64,000 nucleotides of DNA, taken from NCBI GenBank assembly GCA_947566705.1, contig CANOLA010000008.1, positions 634 to 64,633 on the forward strand. Reading direction: 5' to 3'. A program made the translations under genes and the position numbers. Shown here in pieces: positions 1 through 12,179 of this stretch. Numbering within the stretch: position 1 is the stretch's first letter; each line of letters begins with the position of its first letter. The notes beneath the pieces were generated by a model, which was not told the origin of the DNA, searched no databases, and saw only the letters and a program-made list of their open reading frames with translations. This DNA comes from an uncultured Lachnospiraceae bacterium (lineage in GTDB: Bacteria; Bacillota; Clostridia; Lachnospirales; Lachnospiraceae).

Positions 1-1
1 A

Positions 2-370
2 TTATTTCTTCTTGTTTGCTACTGTTCTCTTAGGACCTTTTCTTGTTCTGGCATTTGTCTTTGTTTTCTGTCCGCGAACAGGAAGTCCCTTTCTGTGACG
101 GATACCGCGATAGCATCCAATTTCCTGAAGTCTTTTAATATTAAGGGCAATTTCCCTTCTGAGGTCACCTTCGACAGTCTGGGTTGCATCAATGACTGCA
201 CTGATTCTCTTTACCTCATCGTCAGTCAAATCCCTGACACGTGTGTCCGGATTTACATTTGCTTCCTTAAGAATACGGTTTGAGCTTACCCGGCCAATGC
301 CATAGATATAAGTCAGACCAATTTCTACACGTTTTTCCCTTGGTAAATCTACACCTGCAATACGAGCCAT
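2..370 (-). CDS. rpsM: 30S ribosomal protein S13
   Basis: [26 protein letters not shown]...[14 protein letters not shown]. Confidence 0.99.
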   Translation of the reverse strand: MARIAGVDLPREKRVEIGLTYIYGIGRVSSNRILKEANVNPDTRVRDLTDDEVKRISAVIDATQTVEGDLRREIALNIKRLQEIGCYRGIRHRKGLPVRGQKTKTNARTRKGPKRTVANKKK

Positions 371-649
371 GTGTGTTTACACCTCCATAAAATTTTGCTG
401 TTGTCATGTTTCCTGTGTATCTGCAACCATACACTTTTGTCCGATCTTTTTCCACCATACAGCTACGGTTGCACGTCCTGAAATGTGTGTACGGAAAAAA
501 GATACCATATTTGCATAGTTTATCTTCTGCTGCTCGGTATTACAGCAGAAGAACAGAATATGCCCCTGTTTATTATGAACAGCGCTCTCTGCGCTGCAGC
601 CGCACATAATCCCCTGTTGAAAAGGATTTCCTTATACCCAAAAAAGAGA

Positions 650-763
650 CTATCCCTGTCTCTGTTTGTGCTTCGGATTTTCACAGATAATTCTGATGCT
701 TCCTTTTCTTTTAATGACTTTGCATTTCTCGCAAATAGGTTTAACTGATGATCTTACCTTCAC
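650..763 (-). CDS. rpmJ: 50S ribosomal protein L36 (Zn-binding type); not in ORF track
   Basis: Hand translation from GTG: [37 protein letters not shown]; RBS AAAGGAGG. Confidence 0.98.
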   Translation of the reverse strand: MKVRSSVKPICEKCKVIKRKGSIRIICENPKHKQRQG

Positions 764-848
764 AGCAAATCCTCCTTTCTCTGCAAAAAGCCCTATTTTA
801 GCGGTTTCCGCCAAATATTAGATGCTTTTCCAAAAGTGTCCGAATAAC

Positions 849-877
849 ATTATACACATCCGCGTCCCGAATGTCAA
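849..877 (-). promoter_or_regulatory. sigma70/sigmaA promoter for rpmJ-rpsM (alpha operon)
   Basis: Perfect TTGACA-17bp-TATAAT on minus strand just after the infA stop. Confidence 0.85.
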
Positions 878-881
878 GGTC

Positions 882-1100
882 TTATTTATCTCTCCAGATA
901 ATTCTTCCCTTGGTCAGATCATACGGGGACATCTCAATTGTCACCTTGTCTCCCGGAAGGATACGGATAAAATTCATGCGGAGCTTTCCGCTGATGGTCG
1001 CCAGAATCTGGTGTCCGTTTTCCAGCTCCACTTTAAAAAATGCGTTTGGAAGTTTTTCCACTACCACGCCTTCCACTTCTATCACATCTGCTTTTGACAT
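882..1100 (-). CDS. infA: translation initiation factor IF-1
   Basis: [11 protein letters not shown]...[18 protein letters not shown]. Confidence 0.99.
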   Translation of the reverse strand: MSKADVIEVEGVVVEKLPNAFFKVELENGHQILATISGKLRMNFIRILPGDKVTIEMSPYDLTKGRIIWRDK

Positions 1101-1161
1101 AACTTTTCCTCCTGAATATTCATTAAAATGGTTACCTGTTTTCTTTGCAAAAGGCTGTGCA

Positions 1162-1950
1162 TCAGACTTTCGCCGTACTGAAGGCCTCTTTTTCCTCTTC
1201 TGTCAGGGAAAGGATTTCCGGTTCACCTTCTGTAATAAGTATCGTATTCTCATAATGTGCGGATAATGCCCCGTCGGCGGTAACCACCGTCCATCCGTCA
1301 TCCGACCAGAACACATCTTCTGTCCCGATATTGATCATCGGTTCGACTGCAAGTGTCATTCCCGGCTGCAGTTTCACCCCCCGCCTGAATTTACGGTAGT
1401 TGGGAATCTCCGGCTCTTCATGCAGGCTGCTTCCGATTCCGTGTCCGCATAAATCCCGGACCACCCCGTAACCGAAGCTTTTCGCATAGTCACCAATCGC
1501 CCTTGAGATATCATGCAGATGCCTTCCCGCCCGTGCCATTTTCATTCCGCAAAAAAATGATTCCCTTGTCCGCTCAATCAGAAGCTGTGCCTGCGTACTG
1601 ACGTTTCCCACTGCCACGGTTCTTGCCGCATCCGAATGATACCCCTTGTAAATCACACCTGCATCCAGACTGACAATATCGCCTTCTTCTATCATTCTGT
1701 GCTCCGCCGGAATACCATGTACTACTTCCTCATTTACAGAAACACAGACAGAAGCAGGATAACCAAGATAATTCTTAAAAGAAGGAATACATCCATAACT
1801 CCGGATCATGTCTTCTCCCAACCGGTCAATGTCTGCTGTTGACATTCCAGGTTTGATTTCTTTTGCGAGACTCTGGTGTACGGAGGCAAGGATTTTCCCT
1901 GCCTCCCGCATCAGTGCAATCTCTTCAGCAGATTTAATGCTTACTTTCAT
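1162..1950 (-). CDS. map: type I methionyl aminopeptidase
   Basis: [34 protein letters not shown] motifs. Confidence 0.97.
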   Translation of the reverse strand: MKVSIKSAEEIALMREAGKILASVHQSLAKEIKPGMSTADIDRLGEDMIRSYGCIPSFKNYLGYPASVCVSVNEEVVHGIPAEHRMIEEGDIVSLDAGVIYKGYHSDAARTVAVGNVSTQAQLLIERTRESFFCGMKMARAGRHLHDISRAIGDYAKSFGYGVVRDLCGHGIGSSLHEEPEIPNYRKFRRGVKLQPGMTLAVEPMINIGTEDVFWSDDGWTVVTADGALSAHYENTILITEGEPEILSLTEEEKEAFSTAKV

Positions 1951-1953
1951 GCT

Positions 1954-2598
1954 TTATTCACCCAGGATGGCAACGATATCCGTAAACACGTCATCCATTG
2001 GTTTTGTTCCGTCCACGGATTTTAAAATACCCTGGTTTTTGTAATAATCAATCAGAGGCTGTGTCTGCTCGTGATATACACTGAGGCGCTTCTGTACTGT
2101 CTCCGGCTTATCATCATCACGCAGTACGGTTTCGCTTCCGCAGACGTCGCATTTTCCTTCAGCCTTTGTCGGGTTGAATTCGATATGGTAAGTTGCCCCG
2201 CAGTTTAAGCAGGCGCGTCTGCCGCCCATACGGTTTACGATATTTTCATCCGGCACATCGACATCAATGGCATAATCCATTGTCTCGTTGATTTTTTTCA
2301 GTGCTGCATCAAGAGCCTCAGCCTGCGGAATGGTTCTTGGGAATCCATCCAGTACAAATCCGTTTTTGCAGTCATCCTGCTGGATACGGTCCATAACAAG
2401 GTCGCAGGTAAGCTCATCCGGAACAAGCGCTCCCTGGTCCATATATGTCTTTGCCTTTTTTCCAAGTTCTGTTCCGTTTTTGATGTTTGCACGGAAAATA
2501 TCCCCTGTGGAAATATGCGGTATCTGGTACTTTGCTGCAATCTGTTTTGCCTGTGTTCCTTTTCCGGCTCCCGGAGCCCCTAACATGATAATTTTCAT
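1954..2598 (-). CDS. adk: adenylate kinase
   Basis: [18 protein letters not shown]-loop, LDGFPRT, Zn-lid CLNC/CDVC. Confidence 0.98.
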   Translation of the reverse strand: MKIIMLGAPGAGKGTQAKQIAAKYQIPHISTGDIFRANIKNGTELGKKAKTYMDQGALVPDELTCDLVMDRIQQDDCKNGFVLDGFPRTIPQAEALDAALKKINETMDYAIDVDVPDENIVNRMGGRRACLNCGATYHIEFNPTKAEGKCDVCGSETVLRDDDKPETVQKRLSVYHEQTQPLIDYYKNQGILKSVDGTKPMDDVFTDIVAILGE

Positions 2599-2661
2599 AA
2601 AATACATCTCCTTTCTTTATACTATGAATGGAGATACCGCATTCAGTATCTCCAAACATAA

Positions 2662-3978
2662 TTATTCGTTCAAAAATCCCTTGTAGTGACGAACTCTCAT
2701 CTGTGACTCAATCTGTTTTAAGGTTTCAATGACAACACCAACAATAATGATGATGGATGTTCCGCCAAAGGATACATCTGCCTTGAATACCCCGTTGAAG
2801 AAAATCGGAACAACTGCAACAATTGACAGTCCGATTGCACCGATAAATACAATATATCCCAGTATCTGGTTCAGATAGTCACTGGTCGGCTTACCAGGAC
2901 GTATTCCCGGAATAAAGCCTCCTGAACGTTTCATATTGTCCGCAATCTCCAGCGGATTAAAGGTAATCTGTGTGTAGAAATATGCGAACGCAATAATCAG
3001 CAGAAGATATACAGCCAGTCCAATGGAGTAAATCGGTTCTTCCGGGTTACACCAGTTTGACTGTGACATTCCCCTTAAAATTTTACTGCCGATGCCGGTT
3101 CCGTTACCCTTGCCGGCAATGGATGCTATAATCACCGGTGTCTGCAGAAGAGACTGCGCAAAGATGACCGGGATTACACCACTGGTGTTTACTTTAAGCG
3201 GAATGTGTGTGGACTGTCCGCCCGTCTGCTTGCGTCCCTGCAGTTTCTTGGAATACTGAACCGGAATTCTGCGTTCAGCATCCTGGAGAATCACTACAAA
3301 TACGACCATCGCAATAATAATCGCCAGAATGATTACTCCTGCAAGAATTCCCTTTGGAATTGACTTATTTGCAATAAACTGGCTCCAGAGTGTTCCCATG
3401 TCTTCCGGTATACGGGAAATAATATTGATCACAAGCACGATTGAAATACCGTTTCCAATACCTTTTTCCGTAATACGCTCTCCTATCCACATCAGTACGG
3501 CGGAACCTGCAGTAAGCCCTGTTACAACCATAATAACAGTAAGGGGACTCTTTTCTGTCAGGAGATTTCCACGGTAAAACCCGACTGTCATGGCAATTGA
3601 CTCAATCAGTGCCAGGACAACTGTCAGGTAACGGGTAATGGAAGCAATTTTCTTTCTACCCTCTTCTCCATCACGCTGCATTTCCTCAAGCTTGGGAATT
3701 GCAATTGTAAGAAGCTGCATGATAATGGAAGAAGTAATATACGGAGTGATGTTCAGCGCAAAAATCGCCATGTTATTGAAAGAACCACCCGTGATTGCAT
3801 TGAAAAATCCCATTCCGTCTTTCGCCTGACTCTCCCACCATTCCCTGAATACTGCCCCGTCAACGCCCGGAGTCGGAAGCTCACTTCCGATCCGGATGAC
3901 AACCAGCATAAAAAGGGTAAAGAGAATTCTGTTACGAATATCTTTTACTTTAAAAGCACTACGCAGTGTCTCAAACAT
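2662..3978 (-). CDS. secY: preprotein translocase subunit SecY
   Basis: Multi-TM; ITPYITSSII, WIGERIT, GFIPGIRPG, FGGTSIII. Confidence 0.99.
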   Translation of the reverse strand: MFETLRSAFKVKDIRNRILFTLFMLVVIRIGSELPTPGVDGAVFREWWESQAKDGMGFFNAITGGSFNNMAIFALNITPYITSSIIMQLLTIAIPKLEEMQRDGEEGRKKIASITRYLTVVLALIESIAMTVGFYRGNLLTEKSPLTVIMVVTGLTAGSAVLMWIGERITEKGIGNGISIVLVINIISRIPEDMGTLWSQFIANKSIPKGILAGVIILAIIIAMVVFVVILQDAERRIPVQYSKKLQGRKQTGGQSTHIPLKVNTSGVIPVIFAQSLLQTPVIIASIAGKGNGTGIGSKILRGMSQSNWCNPEEPIYSIGLAVYLLLIIAFAYFYTQITFNPLEIADNMKRSGGFIPGIRPGKPTSDYLNQILGYIVFIGAIGLSIVAVVPIFFNGVFKADVSFGGTSIIIIVGVVIETLKQIESQMRVRHYKGFLNE

Positions 3979-4415
3979 TAGATCACCTCTGCTTTTCCAC
4001 CAAGAGCCTCAATCTTTTCTTTTGCACCGGCACTGAATGCATTTGCCTGAACGGTGAGCTTCTTAGTAAATTCGCCATTTCCGAGAATCTTTACTCCGTC
4101 CCTCGGATTTTTAACAATACCGGTCTCAATCAGTGTTTCTACAGATACAACCGCATCATTGTCAAATCTCTCAAGGGCAGAAAGGTTAATACCTACGATA
4201 TCTTTGGAATTTCTGCATTTAAAACCTCTCTTTGGAATTCTTCTGTATAATGGCATCTGGCCACCTTCAAACCCCGGTCTTGGCGCTCCGGAACGGGCCT
4301 TCTGGCCTTTGTGTCCTTTACCAGCCGTTTTGCCGTTTCCTGAACCATGTCCGCGGCCTCTTCTAAAACTGCTGCGATTGGAACCTTCTGCTCCTTTTAA
4401 ACTGGATAAATCCAT
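3978..4415 (-). CDS. rplO: 50S ribosomal protein L15
   Basis: [31 protein letters not shown]. Confidence 0.99.
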   Translation of the reverse strand: MDLSSLKGAEGSNRSSFRRGRGHGSGNGKTAGKGHKGQKARSGAPRPGFEGGQMPLYRRIPKRGFKCRNSKDIVGINLSALERFDNDAVVSVETLIETGIVKNPRDGVKILGNGEFTKKLTVQANAFSAGAKEKIEALGGKAEVI

Positions 4416-4432
4416 TTTGGCACCTCCTTGTC

Positions 4433-4618
4433 TTATTCTACTTCTTCTACTTTGATATATGGTGCTACCTTACGAATCGCGCCCTGTGTGGCTGCATTAT
4501 TCGGCAACTCAACTGTCTTGTTCAGCTTTCTTAATCCAAGAGCCTCGATTGTTTTCTTGTTTTTCGGAACAGCACCAATTGTTGATCTGATCAGTGTAAC
4601 CCTTACTCTGTCTGCCAT
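4433..4618 (-). CDS. rpmD: 50S ribosomal protein L30
   Basis: VTLIRSTIG...ALGLRKLN; spc operon position. Confidence 0.97.
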   Translation of the reverse strand: MADRVRVTLIRSTIGAVPKNKKTIEALGLRKLNKTVELPNNAATQGAIRKVAPYIKVEEVE

Positions 4619-4631
4619 GTTCTGCTCCTCC

Positions 4632-5141
4632 TTAACCTAAGATTTCTTCCACGGACTTACCGCGAAGCCTTGCAACTTCCTCCGGACTTCTTAACTGTGA
4701 CAATGCTTCGATTGTAGCAAGTACAACATTCTGCTTGTTGTTTGAACCAAGTGACTTGGTACGGATATTTGTAATTCCGGCAAGCTCGCATACGGAACGC
4801 GCAGGACCGCCGGCGATGATTCCGGTACCTTCCGGAGACTTCTTTAAAAGTACAGAAGCACCTGTATATTTTCCTGTTACATCATGTGTAATTGATTTGT
4901 TATCGTCCAGCTTAACGTTGATCAGTCTCTTGATGGCATCTTCCTTTCCCTTGCGGATTGCCTCAGGAATTTCCGCTGCCTTTCCAAGACCGGCACCAAC
5001 ATGACCGTTCTTGTCGCCAACAACAACGAGAGCTGTGAAACGCATGTTACGTCCGCCCTTAACAACCTTTGTTACACGCTTGATGTCAACAACCTGGTCA
5101 ACTAATTCTAATTGACTAGCATCAATGATTTCACGTTTCAT
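4632..5141 (-). CDS. rpsE: 30S ribosomal protein S5
   Basis: [18 protein letters not shown]. Confidence 0.99.
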   Translation of the reverse strand: MKREIIDASQLELVDQVVDIKRVTKVVKGGRNMRFTALVVVGDKNGHVGAGLGKAAEIPEAIRKGKEDAIKRLINVKLDDNKSITHDVTGKYTGASVLLKKSPEGTGIIAGGPARSVCELAGITNIRTKSLGSNNKQNVVLATIEALSQLRSPEEVARLRGKSVEEILG

Positions 5142-5153
5142 GTCTGTTTCCTC

Positions 5154-5522
5154 CTAGAACTCTAACCCAGCTTCTCTTGCTGCGTCAGCTAATGCCTTTA
5201 CCTTACCTGCGTATATATAACCGCCGCGATCAAAGACAACTGTTGTAATACCCTTATCTAATGCTTTTTTTGCGACCACAGTACCAAGCTTAGCTGCTGC
5301 ATCCACGTTATTAGTCTTATCAAGCCCTTCCTTCACTTCTTTTTCGAGTGTGGAAGCGGCTACAAGTGTATTGCCAACTGTATCGTCAATAATCTGAGCA
5401 TACATATGGTTATTGCTTCTGAATACAGCTAAACGGGGACGCTGTGCTGTACCTGAAAGATGATTACGCATTCTTCTGTGTTTCTTTTCTCGAACTTCCG
5501 CTCTTGACTTTTTACTAACCAT
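5154..5522 (-). CDS. rplR: 50S ribosomal protein L18
   Basis: [17 protein letters not shown]. Confidence 0.99.
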   Translation of the reverse strand: MVSKKSRAEVREKKHRRMRNHLSGTAQRPRLAVFRSNNHMYAQIIDDTVGNTLVAASTLEKEVKEGLDKTNNVDAAAKLGTVVAKKALDKGITTVVFDRGGYIYAGKVKALADAAREAGLEF

Positions 5523-5541
5523 TTTCTGTCCACTCCTTTAA

Positions 5542-6081
5542 TTATTTCTTACCAGTCTTACCAACTTTACGTCTAATAACTTCATCAGCATACTTGATAC
5601 CTTTGCCCTTGTATGGCTCCGGTCTTCTCTTATCCCTGATTTCCGCTGCGTACTGGCCTACTTTTTCTTTATCAATTCCCTTCACGGTAATCTTGTTGTC
5701 TTCCACAACCGCCTCAAGGCCTTCCGGATCAATCATCTCAACCGGATGGGAATATCCCAGGTTAAGCGTCAGCTTGTTTCCGGACTTGGAAGCCCTGTAT
5801 CCAACACCGTTTACCTCAAGAACCTTTGTATATCCCTCGGTAACGCCAACAACCATGTTGTTGATCAGTGTTCTTGTCAATCCGTGTAAGGATTTCATTC
5901 TCTTTAAATCGTTTGGTCTTGTTACTACGATTTGTGAGTCCTCTGATTTGATTTCCATCTCAGACGGAAGCGTTCTCTCCAGAGTTCCCTTTGGACCTTT
6001 TACAGTCACATGATTATTTTCTGCAATATCAACTGTTACTCCAGCCGGTACTGCGATTGGCATTCTTCCTATACGTGACAT
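5542..6081 (-). CDS. rplF: 50S ribosomal protein L6
   Basis: [16 protein letters not shown]. Confidence 0.99.
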   Translation of the reverse strand: MSRIGRMPIAVPAGVTVDIAENNHVTVKGPKGTLERTLPSEMEIKSEDSQIVVTRPNDLKRMKSLHGLTRTLINNMVVGVTEGYTKVLEVNGVGYRASKSGNKLTLNLGYSHPVEMIDPEGLEAVVEDNKITVKGIDKEKVGQYAAEIRDKRRPEPYKGKGIKYADEVIRRKVGKTGKK

Positions 6082-6137
6082 GCCCGTACCTCCTTATTTT
6101 CTGTGTTAAGGTTATTTTATCTGCGCATCTGCATAAA

Positions 6138-6539
6138 CTACCATACAAATGCCAGAACTTCTCCACCAACTTTGAGCTTTCTGGCTTCCTTGTCAGTGAC
6201 AATTCCCTGATTCGTAGAAAGAATCGCAATTCCCAGTCCTCCAAGAACGCTCGGAATCTCATCCTTTCCTGCGTATACACGAAGTCCCGGTTTGGAAATT
6301 CTCTTAATACCGGTAATTACCTTCTCATTCTTGTCTGCACCATATTTCAGTGTAACACGGATAGTCTTGAAGTTACCATCCTCCACAATGTCATACTTCT
6401 CGATGAATCCCTCATCAACAAGGATGCCCGCAATGGCAACCTTAATCTTGGAAGATGGAATATCTACTGTATCATGCTTCGCAGTATTTGCATTACGGAT
6501 TCTTGTAAGCATATCTGCAATCGGATCACTTGTCATCAT
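6138..6539 (-). CDS. rpsH: 30S ribosomal protein S8
   Basis: [22 protein letters not shown]. Confidence 0.99.
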   Translation of the reverse strand: MMTSDPIADMLTRIRNANTAKHDTVDIPSSKIKVAIAGILVDEGFIEKYDIVEDGNFKTIRVTLKYGADKNEKVITGIKRISKPGLRVYAGKDEIPSVLGGLGIAILSTNQGIVTDKEARKLKVGGEVLAFVW

Positions 6540-6563
6540 GATGTATATTTCCTCCTTTTCGTT

Positions 6564-6749
6564 TTACCAGGAAGCCTTCTTAACTCCTGGAATCTGACCT
6601 TTATAAGCTAACTCACGGAAACATACCCTGCAGATTCCGTATTTTCTCAAAACTGAATGTGGACGTCCACAAATTCTGCAGCGTGTGTATTCCCTGGTAG
6701 AGAATTTCTGTTTCCGCTGCTGTTTTACTTTCATACTTGTCTTAGCCAT
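6564..6749 (-). CDS. rpsN: 30S ribosomal protein S14, type Z (Zn-binding)
   Basis: RCRICGR...CRVCFRE, 61 aa. Confidence 0.98.
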   Translation of the reverse strand: MAKTSMKVKQQRKQKFSTREYTRCRICGRPHSVLRKYGICRVCFRELAYKGQIPGVKKASW

Positions 6750-6764
6750 TAAAATCCCTCCTGA

Positions 6765-7304
6765 TTACTTGGCAAACGGCATGTTGAACAGTGTTAAAAG
6801 CTCACGTGCCTCTTCATCTGTCTTTGCAGTTGTAACGAAGATAACATCCATACCACGGACCTTATCCACCTTGTCATACTCAATTTCAGGGAAAATAATC
6901 TGCTCCCTGATACCAAGTGCATAGTTTCCGCGGCCGTCAAATGCATTCGGGTTTACACCGCGGAAGTCACGTACACGGGGTAAAGCCAGATTGATCAGAC
7001 GGTCTGCGAATTCATACATCTTCTCGCCGCGTAATGTAACTTTACATCCAATCGGCATATTCTCACGAATCTTGAAGTTTGCAATCGCATGTTTTGCCTT
7101 TGTTGTAACAGCTTTCTGACCGGTAATCGTCTCCATATCCTTAACAGCTGCCTCAAGAACCTTTGCGTTCTCCTTAGCCTCACCAACACCCATGTTTACC
7201 ACGATTTTGTCAAGCTTCGGAACCTGCATTGGATTAGTGTAACCAAACTTTTTGGTCATTGCTTCTCTAATTTCATTTTCGTACTGTTCTCTCAGTCTAC
7301 TCAA
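6765..7304 (-). CDS. rplE: 50S ribosomal protein L5
   Basis: [19 protein letters not shown]. Confidence 0.99.
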   Translation of the reverse strand: MSRLREQYENEIREAMTKKFGYTNPMQVPKLDKIVVNMGVGEAKENAKVLEAAVKDMETITGQKAVTTKAKHAIANFKIRENMPIGCKVTLRGEKMYEFADRLINLALPRVRDFRGVNPNAFDGRGNYALGIREQIIFPEIEYDKVDKVRGMDVIFVTTAKTDEEARELLTLFNMPFAK

Positions 7305-7326
7305 TGTTCTGTCCTCCTCTCTCCAA

Positions 7327-7638
7327 TTAATCGATCACATCGCCTGTTGATTTAGCGAAACGGACTTTTTTATCCCCCTCAAATTTGAAACCGATACGGG
7401 TTGGCTGTCCTTTGTGCAGATACATAACGTTAGATGCATCAATCGGCGCCTCCTGGTGGATGATTCCGCCCTGCTGGTTTGTCATGCTTGGCTTTGCATG
7501 CTTGGTAACCATATTGATTCCCTCAATAAGGAGTTTGTTTTTCTTTCTGTCTACGGCAATTACCTTGCCTTCTTTGTCTTTATCTTTTCCGGCGATAACC
7601 TTGACCATATCGCCCTTTTTGATTTTCATCATTGACAT
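7327..7638 (-). CDS. rplX: 50S ribosomal protein L24
   Basis: [17 protein letters not shown] motif, EAPIDASNV. Confidence 0.98.
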   Translation of the reverse strand: MSMMKIKKGDMVKVIAGKDKDKEGKVIAVDRKKNKLLIEGINMVTKHAKPSMTNQQGGIIHQEAPIDASNVMYLHKGQPTRIGFKFEGDKKVRFAKSTGDVID

Positions 7639-7649
7639 CTTCGTTCCTC

Positions 7650-8018
7650 CTATAATACTTCCGGAGCCAGAGAAACAATCTTCATAAACTGCTTCTCACG
7701 AAGCTCACGAGCTACTGGTCCAAAGATACGGGTTCCTCTTGGTGTCTTGTCGTCCTTGATAATCACTGCTGCGTTTTCATCAAACCTGATATAGGAACCA
7801 TCTTTACGACGGGCACCCTTTACTGAACGAACTACTACTGCCTTGACAACATCGCCCTTTTTAACAACACCGCCTGGTGTTGCATTTTTAACAGTTGCAA
7901 CGATGATATCACCAATGTTCGCATATCTTCTGGTAGATCCACCCATTACGCGGATAACAAGTAACTCTTTCGCACCGGTATTGTCCGCAACCCTGAGTCT
8001 GCTTTCCTGCTGTACCAT
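7650..8018 (-). CDS. rplN: 50S ribosomal protein L14
   Basis: [20 protein letters not shown]. Confidence 0.99.
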   Translation of the reverse strand: MVQQESRLRVADNTGAKELLVIRVMGGSTRRYANIGDIIVATVKNATPGGVVKKGDVVKAVVVRSVKGARRKDGSYIRFDENAAVIIKDDKTPRGTRIFGPVARELREKQFMKIVSLAPEVL

Positions 8019-8036
8019 GCTTGTAGCCTCCTTCTA

Positions 8037-8294
8037 TTATTTTGCTCTTTCCATAATTTCCACAAGTCTCCATCTCTTCTCTTTGGATAATGGCCTTGTC
8101 TCCATAACCCTGACGGTATCACCTGTCCTGGCGTCATTTTTCTCATCATGGGCCTTTAACTTGTAAGTCCTTTTTACAATCTTGTTGTAAAGAGGATGTC
8201 TCTCGTTGTTCTTTACTGCAACAACGATTGTTTTATCCATCTTATCGCTGACAACAACACCTATACGCGTTTTTCTAAGATTTCTTTCTTCCAC
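8037..8294 (-). CDS. rpsQ: 30S ribosomal protein S17
   Basis: [18 protein letters not shown]; GTG start after AAAGGAG. Confidence 0.97.
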   Translation of the reverse strand: MEERNLRKTRIGVVVSDKMDKTIVVAVKNNERHPLYNKIVKRTYKLKAHDEKNDARTGDTVRVMETRPLSKEKRWRLVEIMERAK

Positions 8295-8331
8295 GACCGA
8301 AGTCTCCTTTCTGAAAATTGCAACCTGCTGT

Positions 8332-8541
8332 TTATTCAGCAGCGCCAGCTTTCTGTGTGATGATTGTCTGAATTCTGGCAATATTCTTACGAACTTCCTT
8401 AATTCTGGATGTGTTATCCAGCTGGTTGGTTGCATTCTGGAATCTCAAATTGAAAAGTTCCTTTTTCGCATCAACCAACCGCGCCTGCAAATCAGTTACC
8501 GTAAGTGACTTTAATTCTTCTAAATATGCACTAGTTTTCAT
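8332..8541 (-). CDS. rpmC: 50S ribosomal protein L29
   Basis: [24 protein letters not shown]. Confidence 0.97.
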   Translation of the reverse strand: MKTSAYLEELKSLTVTDLQARLVDAKKELFNLRFQNATNQLDNTSRIKEVRKNIARIQTIITQKAGAAE

Positions 8542-8968
8542 TTGATTCACCGCCTTCTAAATCTGCACGTGAAACGATTTTACACTTGCAAGGTAATTTG
8601 TGTGTTGCAAGGCGTAAAGCTTCACGGGCTACTTCTTCCGGAACACCGGAGATTTCAAATAATACCCTGCCCGGCTTAACTACAGCCACCCAGTACTCAA
8701 GGGCACCTTTTCCTTTACCCATACGAACTCCAAGAGGCTTATGGGTTACCGGCTTATCCGGGAAAATCTTAATCCAGACTTTACCGCCACGCTTGATATG
8801 TCTTGTCATGGCAACACGGGCTGCCTCAATCTGGTTGGACTTGATCCAGCACGGCTCTGTTGCAATAATTCCGTACTCGCCATAAGTGATCTTGTTACCC
8901 CTGGTAGCCTTGCCCGCCATTGATCCGCGGAACTGTTTACGATGTTTTACTCTCTTTGGCATTAACAT
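8531..8968 (-). CDS. rplP: 50S ribosomal protein L16
   Basis: [18 protein letters not shown]. Confidence 0.99.
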   Translation of the reverse strand: MLMPKRVKHRKQFRGSMAGKATRGNKITYGEYGIIATEPCWIKSNQIEAARVAMTRHIKRGGKVWIKIFPDKPVTHKPLGVRMGKGKGALEYWVAVVKPGRVLFEISGVPEEVAREALRLATHKLPCKCKIVSRADLEGGESNEN

Positions 8969-8970
8969 AA

Positions 8971-9627
8971 TTACTGAGCTCCTCCTTCCTTGTTACCTTT
9001 CGCAGGAAGCACCTCGCCTTTGTAGATCCAGACCTTAACACCTACTTTACCGTAAGTGGTATCTGCCTCTGCAAATCCGTAATCAATATCTGCACGAAGT
9101 GTCTGAAGCGGGATTGTTCCGTCAGAGTAGAACTCTGTACGCGCCATATCGGCACCGCCAAGACGTCCGGAGCAGGAAGTTTTGATTCCCTTTGCGCCTG
9201 ACTTCATTGCACGTCCCATGCAGGACTTCATTGCACGCCGGAAAGAAACACGGTTCTCAAGCTGCAGGGCAATGTTTTCAGCCACAAGCTGTGCATCACG
9301 GTCAGGTCTTTTCACCTCTTTGATATCCACAACCAGCTTCTTTTCTGTGAGCTTCTGGACCTCAGCCTTGATTTTCTCAATCTCAGCTCCGCCCTTACCA
9401 ATTACAACACCCGGCTTGGCTGTGTAAATGATAACCTTTACGCGGTCTGATGCTCTTTCGATTTCAATCTTTGAAACACCTGCTGCGTATAATTTCTTCT
9501 TTAAAAATGTTCTGATATTGTAGTCTTCTACTAAGTAATCAGCGAAATCACCCTCTGCATACCATTTAGAATCCCAGTCTTTGATAACGCCGACCCTTAA
9601 TCCATGAGGATTAACTTTCTGTCCCAT
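8971..9627 (-). CDS. rpsC: 30S ribosomal protein S3
   Basis: [24 protein letters not shown]. Confidence 0.99.
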   Translation of the reverse strand: MGQKVNPHGLRVGVIKDWDSKWYAEGDFADYLVEDYNIRTFLKKKLYAAGVSKIEIERASDRVKVIIYTAKPGVVIGKGGAEIEKIKAEVQKLTEKKLVVDIKEVKRPDRDAQLVAENIALQLENRVSFRRAMKSCMGRAMKSGAKGIKTSCSGRLGGADMARTEFYSDGTIPLQTLRADIDYGFAEADTTYGKVGVKVWIYKGEVLPAKGNKEGGAQ

Positions 9628-9636
9628 GATTGCCTC

Positions 9637-10023
9637 CTATCTTTCATCAAGCACGATTGTAATGTGGCTCATTCTCTTCTCGATTCTGTAAGCCCTTCCC
9701 TGTGCCCTTGGCTGAATTCTCTTCATTGTTGGCCCCTTATTTGCATAGCACTCTGCTATATAAAGGTTCTCTGCCCTCAGTCCGTTGTTGTTCTCAGCAT
9801 TAGCAATTGCTGATTTTAACAGTTTCTCTATTACGCTTGAAGCGTATCTCGGATTGTATGCCAGAATAGCAAGTGCAGTCCTGACATCCTTGCCGCGAAT
9901 TGCATCTAATACGAAGCATGCTTTGGTTACTGACACTCTGGCATAAGATAACTTAGCCGAAGGTCTTGTATCCTTTACTTCATTTCTCTCTCTCTTAATC
10001 TGCGATCTGTGTCCTTTTGCCAT
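9637..10023 (-). CDS. rplV: 50S ribosomal protein L22 with N-terminal extension
   Basis: SAIANAENN, PRAQGRA. Confidence 0.98.
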   Translation of the reverse strand: MAKGHRSQIKRERNEVKDTRPSAKLSYARVSVTKACFVLDAIRGKDVRTALAILAYNPRYASSVIEKLLKSAIANAENNNGLRAENLYIAECYANKGPTMKRIQPRAQGRAYRIEKRMSHITIVLDER

Positions 10024-10052
10024 GATGAGTCCTCCTTTCCTGCAAATATGCT

Positions 10053-10334
10053 CTATCTTACGCCTGATTTCTTCTCATCTTTTCCATGTCCCCTGTAAGT
10101 TCTTGTAGCAACGAACTCACCGAGTTTATGTCCGACCATATCCTCTGTTACATAAACCGGAACATGCTTTCTTCCGTCATGAACCGCAAATGTATGTCCG
10201 ACAAAAGACGGGAAAATTGTGGACCGGCGGGACCAGGTTTTAATTACCTGCTTGTCACCGGAAGCGTTCATGGCGTCTACTTTTTTCAGTAAGCTCTCAT
10301 CCGCAAATGGTCCTTTTTTCAGTGAACGTGACAT
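10053..10334 (-). CDS. rpsS: 30S ribosomal protein S19
   Basis: [19 protein letters not shown]. Confidence 0.99.
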   Translation of the reverse strand: MSRSLKKGPFADESLLKKVDAMNASGDKQVIKTWSRRSTIFPSFVGHTFAVHDGRKHVPVYVTEDMVGHKLGEFVATRTYRGHGKDEKKSGVR

Positions 10335-10350
10335 TTCTTCAACCTCCTAA

Positions 10351-11193
10351 TTATTTGATAGCCCTACCGTCTCTTCTTCTTACGATAAGCTTGTTAGACT
10401 GCTTGTTCTTCTTTCTGGTCTTTAAGCCAAGTGCAGGCTTGCCCCACGGAGTACATGGTCCCGGACGTCCAACCGGAGCCTTACCTTCACCACCACCATG
10501 CGGATGGTCGTTCGGGTTCATAACAGAACCGCGGACTGTCGGGCGGATTCCCATATGGCGCTTGCGTCCTGCCTTACCGATATTTATAAGGTTGTGGTCA
10601 CCATTTCCGATCACACCGATGGTTGCGCGGCACTTAATCGGAACCATTCTCATTTCACCGGACGGAAGACGGAGTGTTGCGTACTTTCCTTCCTTTGCCA
10701 TAAGCTGTGCGCTGAGTCCTGCTGCGCGGACAAGCTGACCGCCCTTGCCAGGAAGCATCTCGATATTATGAATCTGTGTACCAACCGGAATGTTTTCCAG
10801 CGGCAGGCAGTTTCCGATTCTCACCTCAGCCTCCGGTCCGTTCATAACCTTCATTCCGTCTGTCAGTCCTGCCGGAGCAAGAATGTAGGACTTCTGTCCG
10901 TCTGCATAACAGATTAATGCAATGTTTGCTGTTCTGTTCGGATCGTATTCAATACCGATGACCTTTGCCGGAATACCGTCCTTGTTCCTCTTAAAGTCAA
11001 TGATTCTGTATTTTCTTCTGTTGGCACCGCCGCGGTGTCTGACAGTAATTTTACCCTGATTGTTACGACCGGAATGCTTCTTTAAAGAAGTTGTAAGGGA
11101 CTTCTCAGGAGTTTTCTTTGTAATCTCTGAGAAATCAGAACCAGTCATATTTCTTCTGGAAGGTGTATATGGGTTATATGTTTTGATTCCCAT
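10351..11193 (-). CDS. rplB: 50S ribosomal protein L2
   Basis: [25 protein letters not shown]. Confidence 0.99.
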   Translation of the reverse strand: MGIKTYNPYTPSRRNMTGSDFSEITKKTPEKSLTTSLKKHSGRNNQGKITVRHRGGANRRKYRIIDFKRNKDGIPAKVIGIEYDPNRTANIALICYADGQKSYILAPAGLTDGMKVMNGPEAEVRIGNCLPLENIPVGTQIHNIEMLPGKGGQLVRAAGLSAQLMAKEGKYATLRLPSGEMRMVPIKCRATIGVIGNGDHNLINIGKAGRKRHMGIRPTVRGSVMNPNDHPHGGGEGKAPVGRPGPCTPWGKPALGLKTRKKNKQSNKLIVRRRDGRAIK

Positions 11194-11230
11194 TGTTTTT
11201 CTCCTTTCATGTCATCATTTAAACTGCTGA

Positions 11231-11530
11231 TTAAAGACCGCTGAAAATCTCAATGTCCTTGCTGTCCTCTGTAAGCTGGACAATAGCCTTCTTTGTCTTT
11301 GCAGTTTTTCCAACCACCATGCCGCGTCTCTTTTTCTTTCCCACGCAGTTCATTGTGTTGACCTTTGCAACTGCTGTTCCTTCGAACATTTTTTCAACTG
11401 CCTCTTTAATCATGGCTTTGTTTGCCTCCGGATGAACAAGAAATGTGTATTTCTTTTCAGCCATTGCAGCCATACTCTTCTCGGTTACTACCGGTTTGAG
11501 GATTACATCATAATACTGTATGTTAGCCAT
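11231..11530 (-). CDS. rplW: 50S ribosomal protein L23
   Basis: PVVTEKS, KKAIVQL. Confidence 0.98.
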   Translation of the reverse strand: MANIQYYDVILKPVVTEKSMAAMAEKKYTFLVHPEANKAMIKEAVEKMFEGTAVAKVNTMNCVGKKKRRGMVVGKTAKTKKAIVQLTEDSKDIEIFSGL

Positions 11531-12150
11531 TATACATACACCTCCTCGATTGTTTCAACAGCAGCCTTTGTAACTACTACTGTGTCATATTTTAATGCAT
11601 CGAACACGTTCAGTTCGTTAGTCTGTGCCGTCTTGACTGTCGGAATGTTTCTTGCGGATGCAATCACATTGGTATCCATGTCATTTAACACAACCAGTGC
11701 CTTTTCAAGTTTCAGGTTATTCATTACCTGCACAAATTTCTTTGTCTTAATCTCATCAAGTCTTAAATCGTCAAGAACGATAAACTTGCCCTCTTCCACC
11801 TTGGAAGTAAGCACGGACTTTAATGCAGCCCTCTTTTCTTTTTTATTAAGCTTGAATGAGTAATCCCTTGGTGTCGGGGCAAATACAACTCCGCCGCCCT
11901 TCCACTGTGGAGCCCTGATTGACCCCTGTCTTGCATGACCGGTTCCTTTCTGTCTCCATGGTTTTCTTCCACCGCCGCGAACTTCAGAACGCGTCTTAGC
12001 CTTCTGTGTTCCCTGACGCTTATTTGCAAGCTGCTGGAGAACAGCCATATGAACTAAATGCTCATTGATTTTTACGCCGAAAATGGAATCGTTCAGTTCA
12101 ATTGAACCAACTTCGTTGCCTTCCATATTATAAACAGCCACGTTAGCCAT
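11530..12150 (-). CDS. rplD: 50S ribosomal protein L4
   Basis: [14 protein letters not shown]. Confidence 0.99.
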   Translation of the reverse strand: MANVAVYNMEGNEVGSIELNDSIFGVKINEHLVHMAVLQQLANKRQGTQKAKTRSEVRGGGRKPWRQKGTGHARQGSIRAPQWKGGGVVFAPTPRDYSFKLNKKEKRAALKSVLTSKVEEGKFIVLDDLRLDEIKTKKFVQVMNNLKLEKALVVLNDMDTNVIASARNIPTVKTAQTNELNVFDALKYDTVVVTKAAVETIEEVYV

Positions 12151-12179
12151 CGTAAAGTTCCTCCTTTCTTAATCTCGCA

